A stretch of 64,000 nucleotides of DNA from Candidatus Cybelea sp. Its GTDB lineage: Bacteria; Vulcanimicrobiota; Vulcanimicrobiia; Vulcanimicrobiales; Vulcanimicrobiaceae. Position 1 is the first letter of the stretch; every line of letters starts with the position of its first letter. Both the position numbers and the translations under genes were made by a program. The stretch lies in assembly GCA_049800655.1 (NCBI GenBank), contig JBARKF010000310.1, positions 2,835 to 66,834 on the forward strand, in the 5' to 3' direction. Below the pieces are notes generated by a model. The model ran no database searches, was not told where the DNA came from, and saw only the letters and a list, made by a program, of their open reading frames with translations. Shown one piece after another: positions 53,827-63,170 of the stretch.

Positions 53827-55224
53827 GTGATGAAGGCGTCGCGCGGCGTGCTGCTCGTGGCGCTGGCGCTTCTCGCGATCGCAGCGCTCCGCGATTTCGT
53901 GCGTCTCGGCGACGCTCTTCCGTGGCGTCAGCTCTACGATTTTGGCGATTTCTACTGTGCGGGTGCGGCGCTCGATGGTCACGCCGATCCGTATCGCTAC
54001 GAGCCGCTGCACGCTTGCGAGCATCGAGTCAATCTCAGCGCGGCGTACCAACACGACCCGGGCCGCGTCGTCCCCGCGCCGCTTCCGCCGTACGACTTTC
54101 CGCCGTTCATGCTCGCGGCGCGCTCGAGCTTTTCGCTCGCACGCGCGATCGACGCGGTTGCAATTCTGCTCGCGCTGCTCCTCGCAATCTGGGCGATTGC
54201 TCTCTGCGGCGTGCCGCTCGACCTTGCCGCCATTGCCCTCGTTTTGCCGGCCGGTTACGTGCTGCTCAACGCCGGCCAAGTCGTCCCGTTTGCGCTGGTC
54301 GCACTCGCCGGGTGCGGCGCCGCGCTCGCATTGCGACGCGATGGAGTCGCGGGCATCCTGGCCGCACTGACGCTCATCGAGCCGCACCTTGGTCTGCCGG
54401 TCTGTGTGGCGCTCTTCATCTGGGCACCTCGAAGCCGCCTCAGCATCGCGGCAACGATCCTCGCGCTTGCGCTTCTCGGGGCATGGACGCTAGGTATTTC
54501 CGGAGCCGGCGAATATCTCGGACGCGTGCTCCCCGCGCAAGCCGCGGCCGAGACCGGCTACGTCTACCAGTACAGCCTCACATATCTCTTACGGACCTTG
54601 GGTGCTTCGCCGGCCGCAGCGTTGCTTCTCGGCGAGCTCTCCTACCTCGTGGCGCTGGGCGCCGGCGTTTGGCTGGGTGGGCGGGTCGCGACGGGCCTAG
54701 GGCGCCGCGAACTGCTCGCCTATCTCCCGGCGGCGTGTAGCGTCATCGGCGGTCCTTACGTGCACATGGTCGATCTCCCATTTGCAATTCCTGCGGCGCT
54801 CGTGCTTGCGACGACGCTGGATGGGCGTTCCAGGAAGATCGCGGCCGTCGCGCTCGCGCTGTTGGCGGTTCCTTGGATTCCCGCCTGGACAACCAAGAAG
54901 CTTTTCCTAGCGTCTCTTTTCGTGGTCGCGGTGATTTTGCTACGGCTGCGTGTCAGAGCGCCGCTTGCGATTGGCACGTTCACGGCCATCGCTGCAACGA
55001 TGTATCTCTTCGAGCTCGCTCCACCGGCGCCGTTAGCTGCAACCTCCGCGCTCTTTCCTCCGGGCGCGCTGGCACAACAAGCTTGGCAAGAGTACGTGAC
55101 ACGGCTCGGTGCCGCGACCCCGCTATGGACGGCGATTAAGCTGCCCAGCTGGATCGCTCTGGGCGCGCTGATCGCCGCCGCGTTGGGAGCCCTTCGCCGT
55201 GGCCGGAACGCGCCGCAGCCGTGA
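53827..55224 (+). CDS. Polytopic membrane protein, possibly a GT-C-fold glycosyltransferase (DUF2029/GT87-like); paralog 1
   Basis: There are about 10 or more hydrophobic helices. An early periplasmic-loop motif reads DFGDFYCAGAALDGHADPYRYEPLHACEHRVN. The family call is tentative. Confidence 0.65.
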   Translation: MMKASRGVLLVALALLAIAALRDFVRLGDALPWRQLYDFGDFYCAGAALDGHADPYRYEPLHACEHRVNLSAAYQHDPGRVVPAPLPPYDFPPFMLAARSSFSLARAIDAVAILLALLLAIWAIALCGVPLDLAAIALVLPAGYVLLNAGQVVPFALVALAGCGAALALRRDGVAGILAALTLIEPHLGLPVCVALFIWAPRSRLSIAATILALALLGAWTLGISGAGEYLGRVLPAQAAAETGYVYQYSLTYLLRTLGASPAAALLLGELSYLVALGAGVWLGGRVATGLGRRELLAYLPAACSVIGGPYVHMVDLPFAIPAALVLATTLDGRSRKIAAVALALLAVPWIPAWTTKKLFLASLFVVAVILLRLRVRAPLAIGTFTAIAATMYLFELAPPAPLAATSALFPPGALAQQAWQEYVTRLGAATPLWTAIKLPSWIALGALIAAALGALRRGRNAPQP

Positions 55225-56654
55225 AACCGCAACGGCGACGCGCAATCATCCTCGGCGTACTGATCGCCGCGCTCGCCCTCGCGGCACTGCGCGATGTATT
55301 TCGGCTCGGGGAGGCTTCGCCGTGGCGAAATATGGATGATTTTCCCGATTTCTACTGTGCGGGCTGGGCACTCGACGCGAAAGCTAACCCATACACGTAC
55401 GAGCCGCTGCACACTTGCGAGCACCGCGTTAATATCTGGGACACATTTCGCGGCCGGCTCTTTCGGAGCGACCCTGCAATTGCCGTCCCCGCGCCCCTTC
55501 CCGCGTACGATTTTTTGCCGTTTATGGCGATCGCGCGGCTGCCGGTTGGCGTGGCCCGCGCTCTCGAGGCAGCAGCCATCGTCGGCGCGGTGCTGCTTGG
55601 CGCAATAAGCCTCGCCGGGTTAGGCATACCGATCGCCGTGGCTGCGGCCGCACTCCTCCTTTCGACCGCTTACGTCGAGCTTAACACCGGGCAGATCGTT
55701 CCTTTTGCGCTGCTGGCACTGATTCTCTGCGGCTTAAGCCTTGCGCGCGGATACGCGAGGCTCGCCGGGGTTCTCGCCGTGCTTACCGCAATCGAACCGG
55801 TCGTCGGCCTGCCCGTTACGCTCGCGATGCTTTTTTACGTGCCGCGCGCGCGCTGGACGGTTCTCGTAACCGCCGCCATCTTCGCGGTCATCGCCCTTGT
55901 CACGGTCGGTCCCTCGGCACTCTGGGAGTACGCCACCCGCGTCGTTCCCGCCCAAGCCGCCTCGGAGATACACTTCCCATTTCAATTCAGTTTGACGTAT
56001 GCTCTCGCGCGTGCCGGTATGCCGGCGACGGTCGCGGGCGTCGCGGGATCGCTTTCGTATCTCGTGCTGCTGGCGCTGGGGTTGTGGCTTGCGCCCCGCG
56101 CGGCGCGCGTCCTGAGAAGACGCGAACTCATCGTCTTCATTCCGGCATTCTGCTGCGCCGTCGCCGGACCGTACCTTCACCAGGAAGAGCTCTGCCTCGC
56201 GCTTCCCGCGCTGCTCGTCTTAACCGTCGCTACCACGGGTCGCGCGCGGATCGTCTTTGCGATCGCGCTCTGCGTTGTATCGGTTCCATGGATTCCCATC
56301 TGGGGCATCAAGCAGCTCTTCCTTGCCTCGCTCTTCTGCTGCGCGGTCATGCTTTGGCAGCTCCGGATCTCACGCTGGCCGGCGATTACCGCATTCTGTG
56401 CGATCGCTGCAACGCTCTACGCCTTCGAGTTGCATCCACCGCACCTGCCGGTTCCGAGCACCTCCGTGAAGCAAACCTACGCTGCGACAGCGTTAGTGCA
56501 AGACGAATGGCGCGTCTACGCCGAGCAGCGCAGCACGAGCGACCCGCTCTGGTTCGCGATCAAAGTTCCAACCTGGGCGGCGCTGCTCGCAACGCTGCTC
56601 TTGACGACACGGTTGAGCCTCCGGCCGGATCAGCCTAGCTCGGCGCGCATCTGA
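55221..56654 (+). CDS. Polytopic membrane protein, paralog 2 of the 53827 gene
   Basis: It is collinear with paralog 1 (DFPDFYCAGWALDAKANPYTYEPLHTCEHRVN; VPAPLPAYDF; LNTGQIVPFALLAL; IEPVVGLPV). GTG start overlaps the paralog 1 stop (GTGA). Confidence 0.65.
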   Translation: MKPQRRRAIILGVLIAALALAALRDVFRLGEASPWRNMDDFPDFYCAGWALDAKANPYTYEPLHTCEHRVNIWDTFRGRLFRSDPAIAVPAPLPAYDFLPFMAIARLPVGVARALEAAAIVGAVLLGAISLAGLGIPIAVAAAALLLSTAYVELNTGQIVPFALLALILCGLSLARGYARLAGVLAVLTAIEPVVGLPVTLAMLFYVPRARWTVLVTAAIFAVIALVTVGPSALWEYATRVVPAQAASEIHFPFQFSLTYALARAGMPATVAGVAGSLSYLVLLALGLWLAPRAARVLRRRELIVFIPAFCCAVAGPYLHQEELCLALPALLVLTVATTGRARIVFAIALCVVSVPWIPIWGIKQLFLASLFCCAVMLWQLRISRWPAITAFCAIAATLYAFELHPPHLPVPSTSVKQTYAATALVQDEWRVYAEQRSTSDPLWFAIKVPTWAALLATLLLTTRLSLRPDQPSSARI

Positions 56655-57418
56655 ATCCAGCCACGGAAGTTTGCGCGAAACGCCTCGTCGGGAGCGGGCG
56701 TCGCCACGTGTTCGAACGGGCTCAAGTGGCGATCGCTCTTGAGACGCTCGAAGAGCTCGAGGTCTTTTTCGATCTCGCGCTTGCCCTCGTGCGTGAGATA
56801 CGAGACGCGAGCGCATCGCGCCGCCGAAATTCGGCGGCGCGTCTCCAGATCGAGGTCGCGTTCGTCCTCCTGCAGCAGCGGCGTGTGCCACTCTCCGAGC
56901 GCAACGCGCTGCGGCCGGCTGGCATCGATCGCCACGCGCATTTCCAGCGCCGCGGCGCGAATCTCCGGCTGCGCGTTGGGGGCGCAGCGTAGATCGAAGA
57001 AGTTCGACCACTCGGTCGCGGTAACGATCACCGTATGCCAGAGAAACGGCTCCAAAAGCCGGTTCAACTCTTGTTTGTGCACGTTGAGCGCGAGGAGCTC
57101 CCGAGCTCGCACGACGGCATCGTCGCGCGCTTCTAACCAAATCGCCCGCGCGGCCTGGCCTTCTTCATCGCTCAGCACGTCGCTGGCCGACATCCCGGCC
57201 TTGTTGCGCCCCCATTCCAACGGCACCACCGGATCGCGCTCGACGCGATCGATCAACTTCGACGTCGGCACCGCGCGGCTGCTCGCCGAATTTCTTGACA
57301 GGACCCTATGCGTGTTAAATTCCGCTAACACAAACCGCGGGAAGGTGACCTCAAGCGTGGTCAGCCGGACTCCGGCCGGGCTGACGGAGTCCAGCAAAAC
57401 GCGCGCGCGATAGGCCAC
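56630..57418 (-). CDS. thyX: ThyX-like FAD-dependent thymidylate synthase (divergent motif)
   Basis: FNTHRVLSRNSASSRAV fits the (R)HR-X7-S ThyX motif. NRLLEPFLWHTVIVTATEWSNFFDLRCAPNAQPEIRAAALEM parallels the second conserved ThyX block. Confidence 0.6.
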   Translation of the reverse strand: MAYRARVLLDSVSPAGVRLTTLEVTFPRFVLAEFNTHRVLSRNSASSRAVPTSKLIDRVERDPVVPLEWGRNKAGMSASDVLSDEEGQAARAIWLEARDDAVVRARELLALNVHKQELNRLLEPFLWHTVIVTATEWSNFFDLRCAPNAQPEIRAAALEMRVAIDASRPQRVALGEWHTPLLQEDERDLDLETRRRISAARCARVSYLTHEGKREIEKDLELFERLKSDRHLSPFEHVATPAPDEAFRANFRGWIQMRAELG

Positions 57419-57436
57419 CCGGGCGGCTGCTAGCGG

Positions 57437-58516
57437 TTACCCGCGATAACGCAAGAAGGCCGGGACGTCGATGTCGTCCATCGAGACGGGAGCGACCGTT
57501 TCGAGTCTGCCGGTCTCGAAGGCGTAGCCGCCCTGCGCGCCGCGATAACCACGCCGCGAGCCAAACCCGGCGGCGAGCACCGTCACGCGCACTTTCCCCG
57601 ACATCGTTGGGTCGATCGACGCCCCAAAGATGATTTGCGCTTCGGAGTCGACCGCGCGGCTGATCATTTCGGCGGCTTCGTTGACCTCGTACATCGCCAT
57701 GTCGGGGCCCCCGGTGATGTTGAAGATGACGCCGTGTGCGCCCTCGACCGTCGTCTCGAGCAGTGGCGAGGCGATCGCCTTTTGGGCCGCGTCCGCGGCG
57801 CGATGCTCGCCGCTGCCTTCGCCGATGCCCATCATCGCCGAACCCGCATCGGTCATGATCGTCTTGACGTCGGCAAAATCCAAATTGATGAGGCCCGGCT
57901 GCGTGATCAGATCGCTGATGCCGGCGATGCCTTGGCGCAAAACGTCATCGGCGTACGCGAAGGCCTCATTGAGCGGCGTCTTCTTCTCGATGACTTGCAG
58001 GATGCGCTCGTTGGGAATGGTGATCAGCGTGTCGACCTTCGATTCCAGTTCGGCAATGCCGTTCTCGGCGATCTGCATGCGCTTCTTGCCCTCGAATGCG
58101 AAGGGCTTCGTCACGACGGCGATCGTTAACGCGCCCGACTCTCTTGCAAGCTCCGCAATAACCGGCGAGGCGCCCGTACCGGTGCCGCCGCCCATGCCGC
58201 AGGTCAAGAAGACCAGATCGGAGCCGTCGAGGATCAATGAGAGATCTTCACGCGATGCCTCGGCCGCCTCGCGCCCGAGGGTCGGATTCGAACCCGCGCC
58301 GAGGCCGCGCGTCTGATCGCCCCCGATGTGGACGCGATTCTCGGTCAACGCGCCGCGCAACGCTTGAACGTCGGAGTTGACCGCGAAAAAGTCGACCCCG
58401 CTCAGGCCGGCGGCCACCATGCGATTGACGGCGTTGCAGCCGCCCCCGCCGATGCCGATCACTTTGATCGTCGCTGCGTGTTCGGGCTCGGTTACAGAAC
58501 GTCGTACGTCAGCCAT
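57437..58516 (-). CDS. ftsZ: Cell division protein FtsZ
   Basis: IKVIGIGGGGCNAVNRM, the tubulin signature GMGGGTGTGASPVIA, and NLDFADVKTIM are present. Confidence 0.98.
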   Translation of the reverse strand: MADVRRSVTEPEHAATIKVIGIGGGGCNAVNRMVAAGLSGVDFFAVNSDVQALRGALTENRVHIGGDQTRGLGAGSNPTLGREAAEASREDLSLILDGSDLVFLTCGMGGGTGTGASPVIAELARESGALTIAVVTKPFAFEGKKRMQIAENGIAELESKVDTLITIPNERILQVIEKKTPLNEAFAYADDVLRQGIAGISDLITQPGLINLDFADVKTIMTDAGSAMMGIGEGSGEHRAADAAQKAIASPLLETTVEGAHGVIFNITGGPDMAMYEVNEAAEMISRAVDSEAQIIFGASIDPTMSGKVRVTVLAAGFGSRRGYRGAQGGYAFETGRLETVAPVSMDDIDVPAFLRYRG

Positions 58517-58549
58517 TTACTTCGGGTCCCTCCGTCAAAATGTGTAAGC

Positions 58550-59758
58550 TTAAGTCCACAGATCTGCCAGCCATCGCTGGACTCGGGCCGCCATTCCACT
58601 TCCGCGACGCCCGACCCGCGAGGCGTCGTCGCGATCCCCGTTCGCGCCGAAGAGGACGAGTCCGACCGCCGTTGCGTACTGCGGCGCAGCCATTACTTCG
58701 GTCAAGCCCCCCAGCGCATTCGGTGTGCCCGTTCGAACCGGCAATCCGAACACGTCTTCGGCGATCGGGCCGATGCCGGGCAACTGCGCGCCGCCACCCG
58801 TCAGCACGACTTCCCCCAGCACCAGGTCGCGAGGCACGTTTTCGACGATCTTTTGCTTAGCCATGCGTAACGTCTCGAGAACGCGAGGGACGACGATTTG
58901 CCGCAGCTCGGCCGTCGAATGCTCCTTAGTCGCGCGGCCGTCCAGCGTGCGGACGGCAAAGGTCCGCTCTTCCTGCGCGGCGCCGAGCCGTTTCTTGACC
59001 CCTTCCGCCTCCGAAAGGGTTGTTTTCAGCCCGAGCGAGATGTCGCTCGTAAGAACGTTCCCGCCGACCGGAATGGTGGCGGTGTAGATCGCGCTTCCCA
59101 AAGAGTAGACGGCGATGTCCGTGGTCCCGCCCCCGATATCGAGTAACACGACGCCGACCTGCCGCTCTTCTTGCATGAGCGTTGCCGCCGAGCTTGCCAG
59201 CGGCTCGAAGACGACGCCGACCGTGTCTAACCCGGCGCGCTGAACGCATTTGAGCACGTTGGTAATAAAACTCGTGCTTCCGGTAACGATGTGCGTGTCG
59301 ACTTCCAGCCGTCCACCCGCCATCCCGATGGGATCGTTGACGCCTTCCTGGCCGTCGACGGTGAAGTATCGCGGGAGCGCGTGAATGATCTGACGATCGG
59401 TGGGAAGGTTGATAATCTTACTGGCATCGATCACGCGACGGACGTCGCCCGACGTAACCTCCCGGTCCTCGCCTGAAACGGCGACGACGGCACGATTATT
59501 CGTGCTTCGAATATGGTCACCCGTAATGCCGACGAAGACCTCGCTGAAGTGTACGCCGGCCATACGTTCGGCTCGCTCCGTAGCCGATTCTATCGATTTG
59601 ATCGTCTCGTCTAAATCGACGACGACGCCTTTGCGCATTCCAAACGAGGGTGCTTCGCCAAAGCCAACGATCTCGAGCCCGCTTGGACCGTTGGTCGCAA
59701 CGACCGTGCATGTCTTGGTCGTCCCGATATCGAGCCCGCAAACGGTCCCGTGCTTCAT
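58550..59758 (-). CDS. ftsA: Cell division protein FtsA
   Basis: The actin-like ATPase blocks GLDIGTTKTCTVV and LLDIGGGTTDIAVY are present, and the gene lies immediately upstream of ftsZ. Confidence 0.95.
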   Translation of the reverse strand: MKHGTVCGLDIGTTKTCTVVATNGPSGLEIVGFGEAPSFGMRKGVVVDLDETIKSIESATERAERMAGVHFSEVFVGITGDHIRSTNNRAVVAVSGEDREVTSGDVRRVIDASKIINLPTDRQIIHALPRYFTVDGQEGVNDPIGMAGGRLEVDTHIVTGSTSFITNVLKCVQRAGLDTVGVVFEPLASSAATLMQEERQVGVVLLDIGGGTTDIAVYSLGSAIYTATIPVGGNVLTSDISLGLKTTLSEAEGVKKRLGAAQEERTFAVRTLDGRATKEHSTAELRQIVVPRVLETLRMAKQKIVENVPRDLVLGEVVLTGGGAQLPGIGPIAEDVFGLPVRTGTPNALGGLTEVMAAPQYATAVGLVLFGANGDRDDASRVGRRGSGMAARVQRWLADLWT

Positions 59759-60043
59759 CCGCTCCCTTACACCTCTCCAAACGACTGCCAGCTTACCACG
59801 AGATATTGTGGTCGCAACGTCCGAATCCTACTAGCGATAGCGGCAGCCGGGAGGGATTCGCAAGCCTTGGCGAGCGCCCAGCCATCTCCTTGCGAAGAGC
59901 GTGGCAAACGTGTGGACAAGCTGTGTATTACTCGCGAACTTACGCAAAGAGGCCGAAGGGCTTATCAAAAAGACCTCAAAAAGTACACGCAGAAAGTTCT
60001 TTCTTTTTGAATGCAACACTTTTCCATTTTGGAGCCCGCGTCC

Positions 60044-60334
60044 GTGAACCGTAAATGCTCGTTCGTCGCCCTTTGTCTCGCCTTTGCTTTGCCGATTGCC
60101 GCGCGCAGCGCGACGGTCGATCCAACAAGCATTCCCGACGGCACGTACACCGTTAAGGTGCTCAAAGTCGTCGACCCCAGGCACCTTCAGGTCGTCATGG
60201 ACACCGGTGCGGATACCACGTTGGCAGCCGGGCGCGCAACGGTCGACTTTTCGAAGGTTCAGCCCAACGATCAGCTCAAGCTCTCGCTGATCAAAGGCTC
60301 GGTCGTCGTCTTTCTCGACCTCACCAGCCACTAA
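60044..60334 (+). CDS. Small secreted hypothetical protein, on the opposite strand between ftsQ and ftsA
   Basis: GTG 60044 lies 9 nt after GGAG. The signal peptide is VNRKCSFVALCLAFALPIAARSA. ATG 60011 is an alternative start. Confidence 0.5.
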   Translation: MNRKCSFVALCLAFALPIAARSATVDPTSIPDGTYTVKVLKVVDPRHLQVVMDTGADTTLAAGRATVDFSKVQPNDQLKLSLIKGSVVVFLDLTSH

Positions 60335-60350
60335 CGACCTCCAGCCGCCG

Positions 60351-61097
60351 TCACCGATAGACGAGCACCGGCGCTGCGGGTGCCCGCAGATCCACAGCGG
60401 CAACCCGCGACTGATGGCCGACGACTTGAGCTAAGATCGCTTGAGCCAGCCTCACCTTCCCGCTCATGTCGTTCTCGCTGCCAAAGAGCAGGCGCAGACC
60501 TCCGGGCATCGTTACAACGAGGCCGCCGAATCGATCGAGCGAGAGCTGCGTCGGCACGATGCCTCGTCCGGTTACGGCGTCGTAGGCGTCCCGCAACGCA
60601 ATCGCCTGGTGCGTTCCCACGAAGGCCCCAGGGACGAGGCGAGCGCCGGGGTCGATCACAAACTCCGGTAACTGCTCGTCGGGCGCATCCAGCGTCAGCA
60701 CTCGCATAGTGCGGTCGACCACCGCCGCGTCATCGCCGCTGCGCAGCGTCGCAAAGGGTGCGCGCTCGGTAACGACGATAACGATGGACGCCGGCGGAAT
60801 CCGGTGAACGGCCGCCCGGGCAATATACGGAATGGTCGCGACCCGCGCTTCTATCGCCCGCGTATTCTGCAGCCAGATGCTCATCCGCGGATTTATCGCC
60901 GCGTGCGCCAAGATCTCACCGCTTCCGACCTGGTGATTTCCCCTTACCGCGATGTGCTTGGGATTGAAACCGGGCCAGGTTGCAGCAACGCCGAGCGCTC
61001 CCACCACGACCGCGGCACAGAAGACGGCCGGCATCCAAAACGGTCGAATGCGCGCCGCCGGCGAGCGCCGCCGCCTACGCTTCTTCATTGCCGGCAC
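60351..61097 (-). CDS. ftsQ: Cell division protein FtsQ/DivIB (POTRA domain)
   Basis: A basic N-terminus and TM segment (VFCAAVVVGALGVAA) are followed by a POTRA-like stretch, IAVRGNHQVGSGEIL...ARVATIPYIARAAVHRIPPASIVIVVTER. Confidence 0.85.
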   Translation of the reverse strand: MPAMKKRRRRRSPAARIRPFWMPAVFCAAVVVGALGVAATWPGFNPKHIAVRGNHQVGSGEILAHAAINPRMSIWLQNTRAIEARVATIPYIARAAVHRIPPASIVIVVTERAPFATLRSGDDAAVVDRTMRVLTLDAPDEQLPEFVIDPGARLVPGAFVGTHQAIALRDAYDAVTGRGIVPTQLSLDRFGGLVVTMPGGLRLLFGSENDMSGKVRLAQAILAQVVGHQSRVAAVDLRAPAAPVLVYR

Positions 61098-61896
61098 TCA
61101 ACACGTATTTTTCGACCGCTTCCGCGACGCCGTCGTGTGCGACGTCGCCGACAACCGCGTCGGCAACCGCGCGCAACTCTTGCGGTGCGGAGCCCATCGC
61201 GACGCCGAAGCCTGCAGCCTCGAGCAGCTGCGCGTCGTTCCAAGAGTCGCCGATCGCCATCGTTTCTTCGCTCTGCAGGCCGAGCCGCTTGGCGACGAAC
61301 CGCAGCGCCGCGCCCTTATTGACGCTCGGGTCGAGCACTTCGACGAACTCCGGCAGGCTGCGCGTTACGTTGGCCCGACCGTCGAGTATGCCGCCGAGTT
61401 TCTGCGCGTATTCGGCTGCGACGGGAGCGTCGGCGATGATCACCGCTTTGGTCGCGGGACTAAACGCGAACGCCTCGCGCAGCGACGGCACGATGATCGG
61501 CTGCGTCATCGAGAGGCTCGCATAAAGCTCTGAAAATCGATTCCGAGCCTCGCAATAGTACTCATCGTTCCGGTACAGCTGCAGGTGCATCCGATCGCGC
61601 TCCGCGATCTCGATGATCTCGCGCACGGCCTCGTTGCCGAGCGCCGAATGCGCGAGCACTTCGTCGGTCGCGGGATCGATGATCGCCGCCCCTTGATAGC
61701 AGATCAGCGGCGAATCGAAGTCGAGTTCGCGCGCGAACGGGATCGTGGCGCGGTACATTCGTCCGGTGACCAAGCACCCCGCGGTGCCGGTTTCCAACAT
61801 GCGTGCAATCGCCCCGCGAACCGTGCTCGATATCGCAAGGTCGCGTCCGATGAGCGTTCCGTCAACGTCGAACGCGACCAGGCGCGGGCGTTTCAA
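61075..61896 (-). CDS. Cof-type HAD-IIB family phosphatase
   Basis: HAD motif I is VAFDVDGTL and motif IV is AIGDSWNDAQLL. The cap region is Cof-like. Confidence 0.85.
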   Translation of the reverse strand: MKRPRLVAFDVDGTLIGRDLAISSTVRGAIARMLETGTAGCLVTGRMYRATIPFARELDFDSPLICYQGAAIIDPATDEVLAHSALGNEAVREIIEIAERDRMHLQLYRNDEYYCEARNRFSELYASLSMTQPIIVPSLREAFAFSPATKAVIIADAPVAAEYAQKLGGILDGRANVTRSLPEFVEVLDPSVNKGAALRFVAKRLGLQSEETMAIGDSWNDAQLLEAAGFGVAMGSAPQELRAVADAVVGDVAHDGVAEAVEKYVLSAGNEEA

Positions 61897-63170
61897 CTAC
61901 CGCACCGCATGCGCGCGGTTTGCGCGTGATTGGGGAGTCCATCGGCCTCGGCGAGCGCTGCGAGCGCCGGCGCGTCGGCCGTCATTCTCTCGCCGCTGTT
62001 CTCGACGACGCTAAAGCTTCGCGTAAAATCGGCGAGCGAAAGGCCCGATGCGAACCGCCCGGTGCCCGAGCTCGGTGCGACGCGATTCGTCCCGGCGAGA
62101 TATTCCCCGCTAACCAGCGGCGTCATGTCGCCGACGAAAACGGTACCGGCAGCGTAGACCCGTTCTAAATATGCCGACGCGTCGCGCACCTGCAGTGACA
62201 GGTACGCCGGTGCGATGCGATTCAAGAGCTCAAAGAGCTCGTCGCGGCCGCTCGCTTCGATCAGCCGGCAATGCGCGGCGATCGACTCGCTGACGCGATC
62301 GTTCTGTTCGACCGTTCGAAGATCGAGCGTATCGATCAGCTGCGCGACCGCCTCGAGGAGCGGACGCGACTCCGAAAGCACCGCAAGACGCGTCACACCT
62401 GGGCGCTCGGCCTGCGCTAGAAGCTCGCCGACGACGTACTCGCTGCTCGCACCGTCGTCGGCGACGATCAAAATTTCCGCCGGACCGGCCAGCGCGTCAA
62501 CGCCGCAGCGTCCAAAGACTTGACGTTTCGCTTCCGTCGTCCAGAGCCCGCCGCGACCAACGATTTTGTCGACCGGGCGGATCGACTCCGTGCCGAACGC
62601 GGCCGCGGCAACGGCCTGCGCGCCGCCCACGGCGTAGAGCTCGTCGACGCCGCAGAGCGCGCAAACGAAGAGCAGCGCGGCCGGCACCTCGCCTTGGCGC
62701 GGCGGCGTGAGCACGATGACGCGGGAGACGCCGGCGATCTTCGCCGGCACTACCCCCATCAAAGCAGCCGTTGCGGGACTGCTTCGCTGCGCGTAGACGG
62801 CGACCGAACGCAGTGGCCGTCGCTGAACCGCATAGCGCGAGCCATCTTCCTCAACGTACGCGCTCTCCGGTTGTCGCTGCCGCTGGTGAAAGCGCGTGAT
62901 GCGCTCTCGCCCTAGTTCCAAGGCAGCGGCGATCTCGGGCGCAATCAACGATCGAGCCGTCTCCAACATCGGAATCGGCACGCGCAGTTTCGACAGCTCG
63001 AAGCGCGCGTCGTCGAATCGGCGCGCGTACTCGACGACGGCCGCATCGCCGCGGCCGCGCACGCCCGAAAGGAGCGCCGCGACCTCGCTAACGACCGATT
63101 CGGGTGCGCTCCACCCCGCATCGAGTACGCCCGCCAGCGCGGCCGTGTCGGAGGCCGCGGTAACGTTCAT
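61893..63170 (-). CDS. hisD: Histidinol dehydrogenase
   Basis: LYAVGGAQAVAAAAFGTESIRPVDKIVGRGGLWTTEAKRQVFG, GPAEILIVAD and YLAGTNRVAPSSG-like blocks are present. The start was trimmed to ATG 63170 (ATGA overlap with dnaE). Confidence 0.9.
   Translation of the reverse strand: MNVTAASDTAALAGVLDAGWSAPESVVSEVAALLSGVRGRGDAAVVEYARRFDDARFELSKLRVPIPMLETARSLIAPEIAAALELGRERITRFHQRQRQPESAYVEEDGSRYAVQRRPLRSVAVYAQRSSPATAALMGVVPAKIAGVSRVIVLTPPRQGEVPAALLFVCALCGVDELYAVGGAQAVAAAAFGTESIRPVDKIVGRGGLWTTEAKRQVFGRCGVDALAGPAEILIVADDGASSEYVVGELLAQAERPGVTRLAVLSESRPLLEAVAQLIDTLDLRTVEQNDRVSESIAAHCRLIEASGRDELFELLNRIAPAYLSLQVRDASAYLERVYAAGTVFVGDMTPLVSGEYLAGTNRVAPSSGTGRFASGLSLADFTRSFSVVENSGERMTADAPALAALAEADGLPNHAQTARMRCGS

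Noticed and set aside
53745-54740. The 331-aa ORF in an alternate frame of the first membrane-protein gene
   Set aside because: It is an Arg/Ala/Ser-rich low-complexity product. The overlapping frame at 53827 encodes a coherent polytopic membrane protein with a paralog next door.
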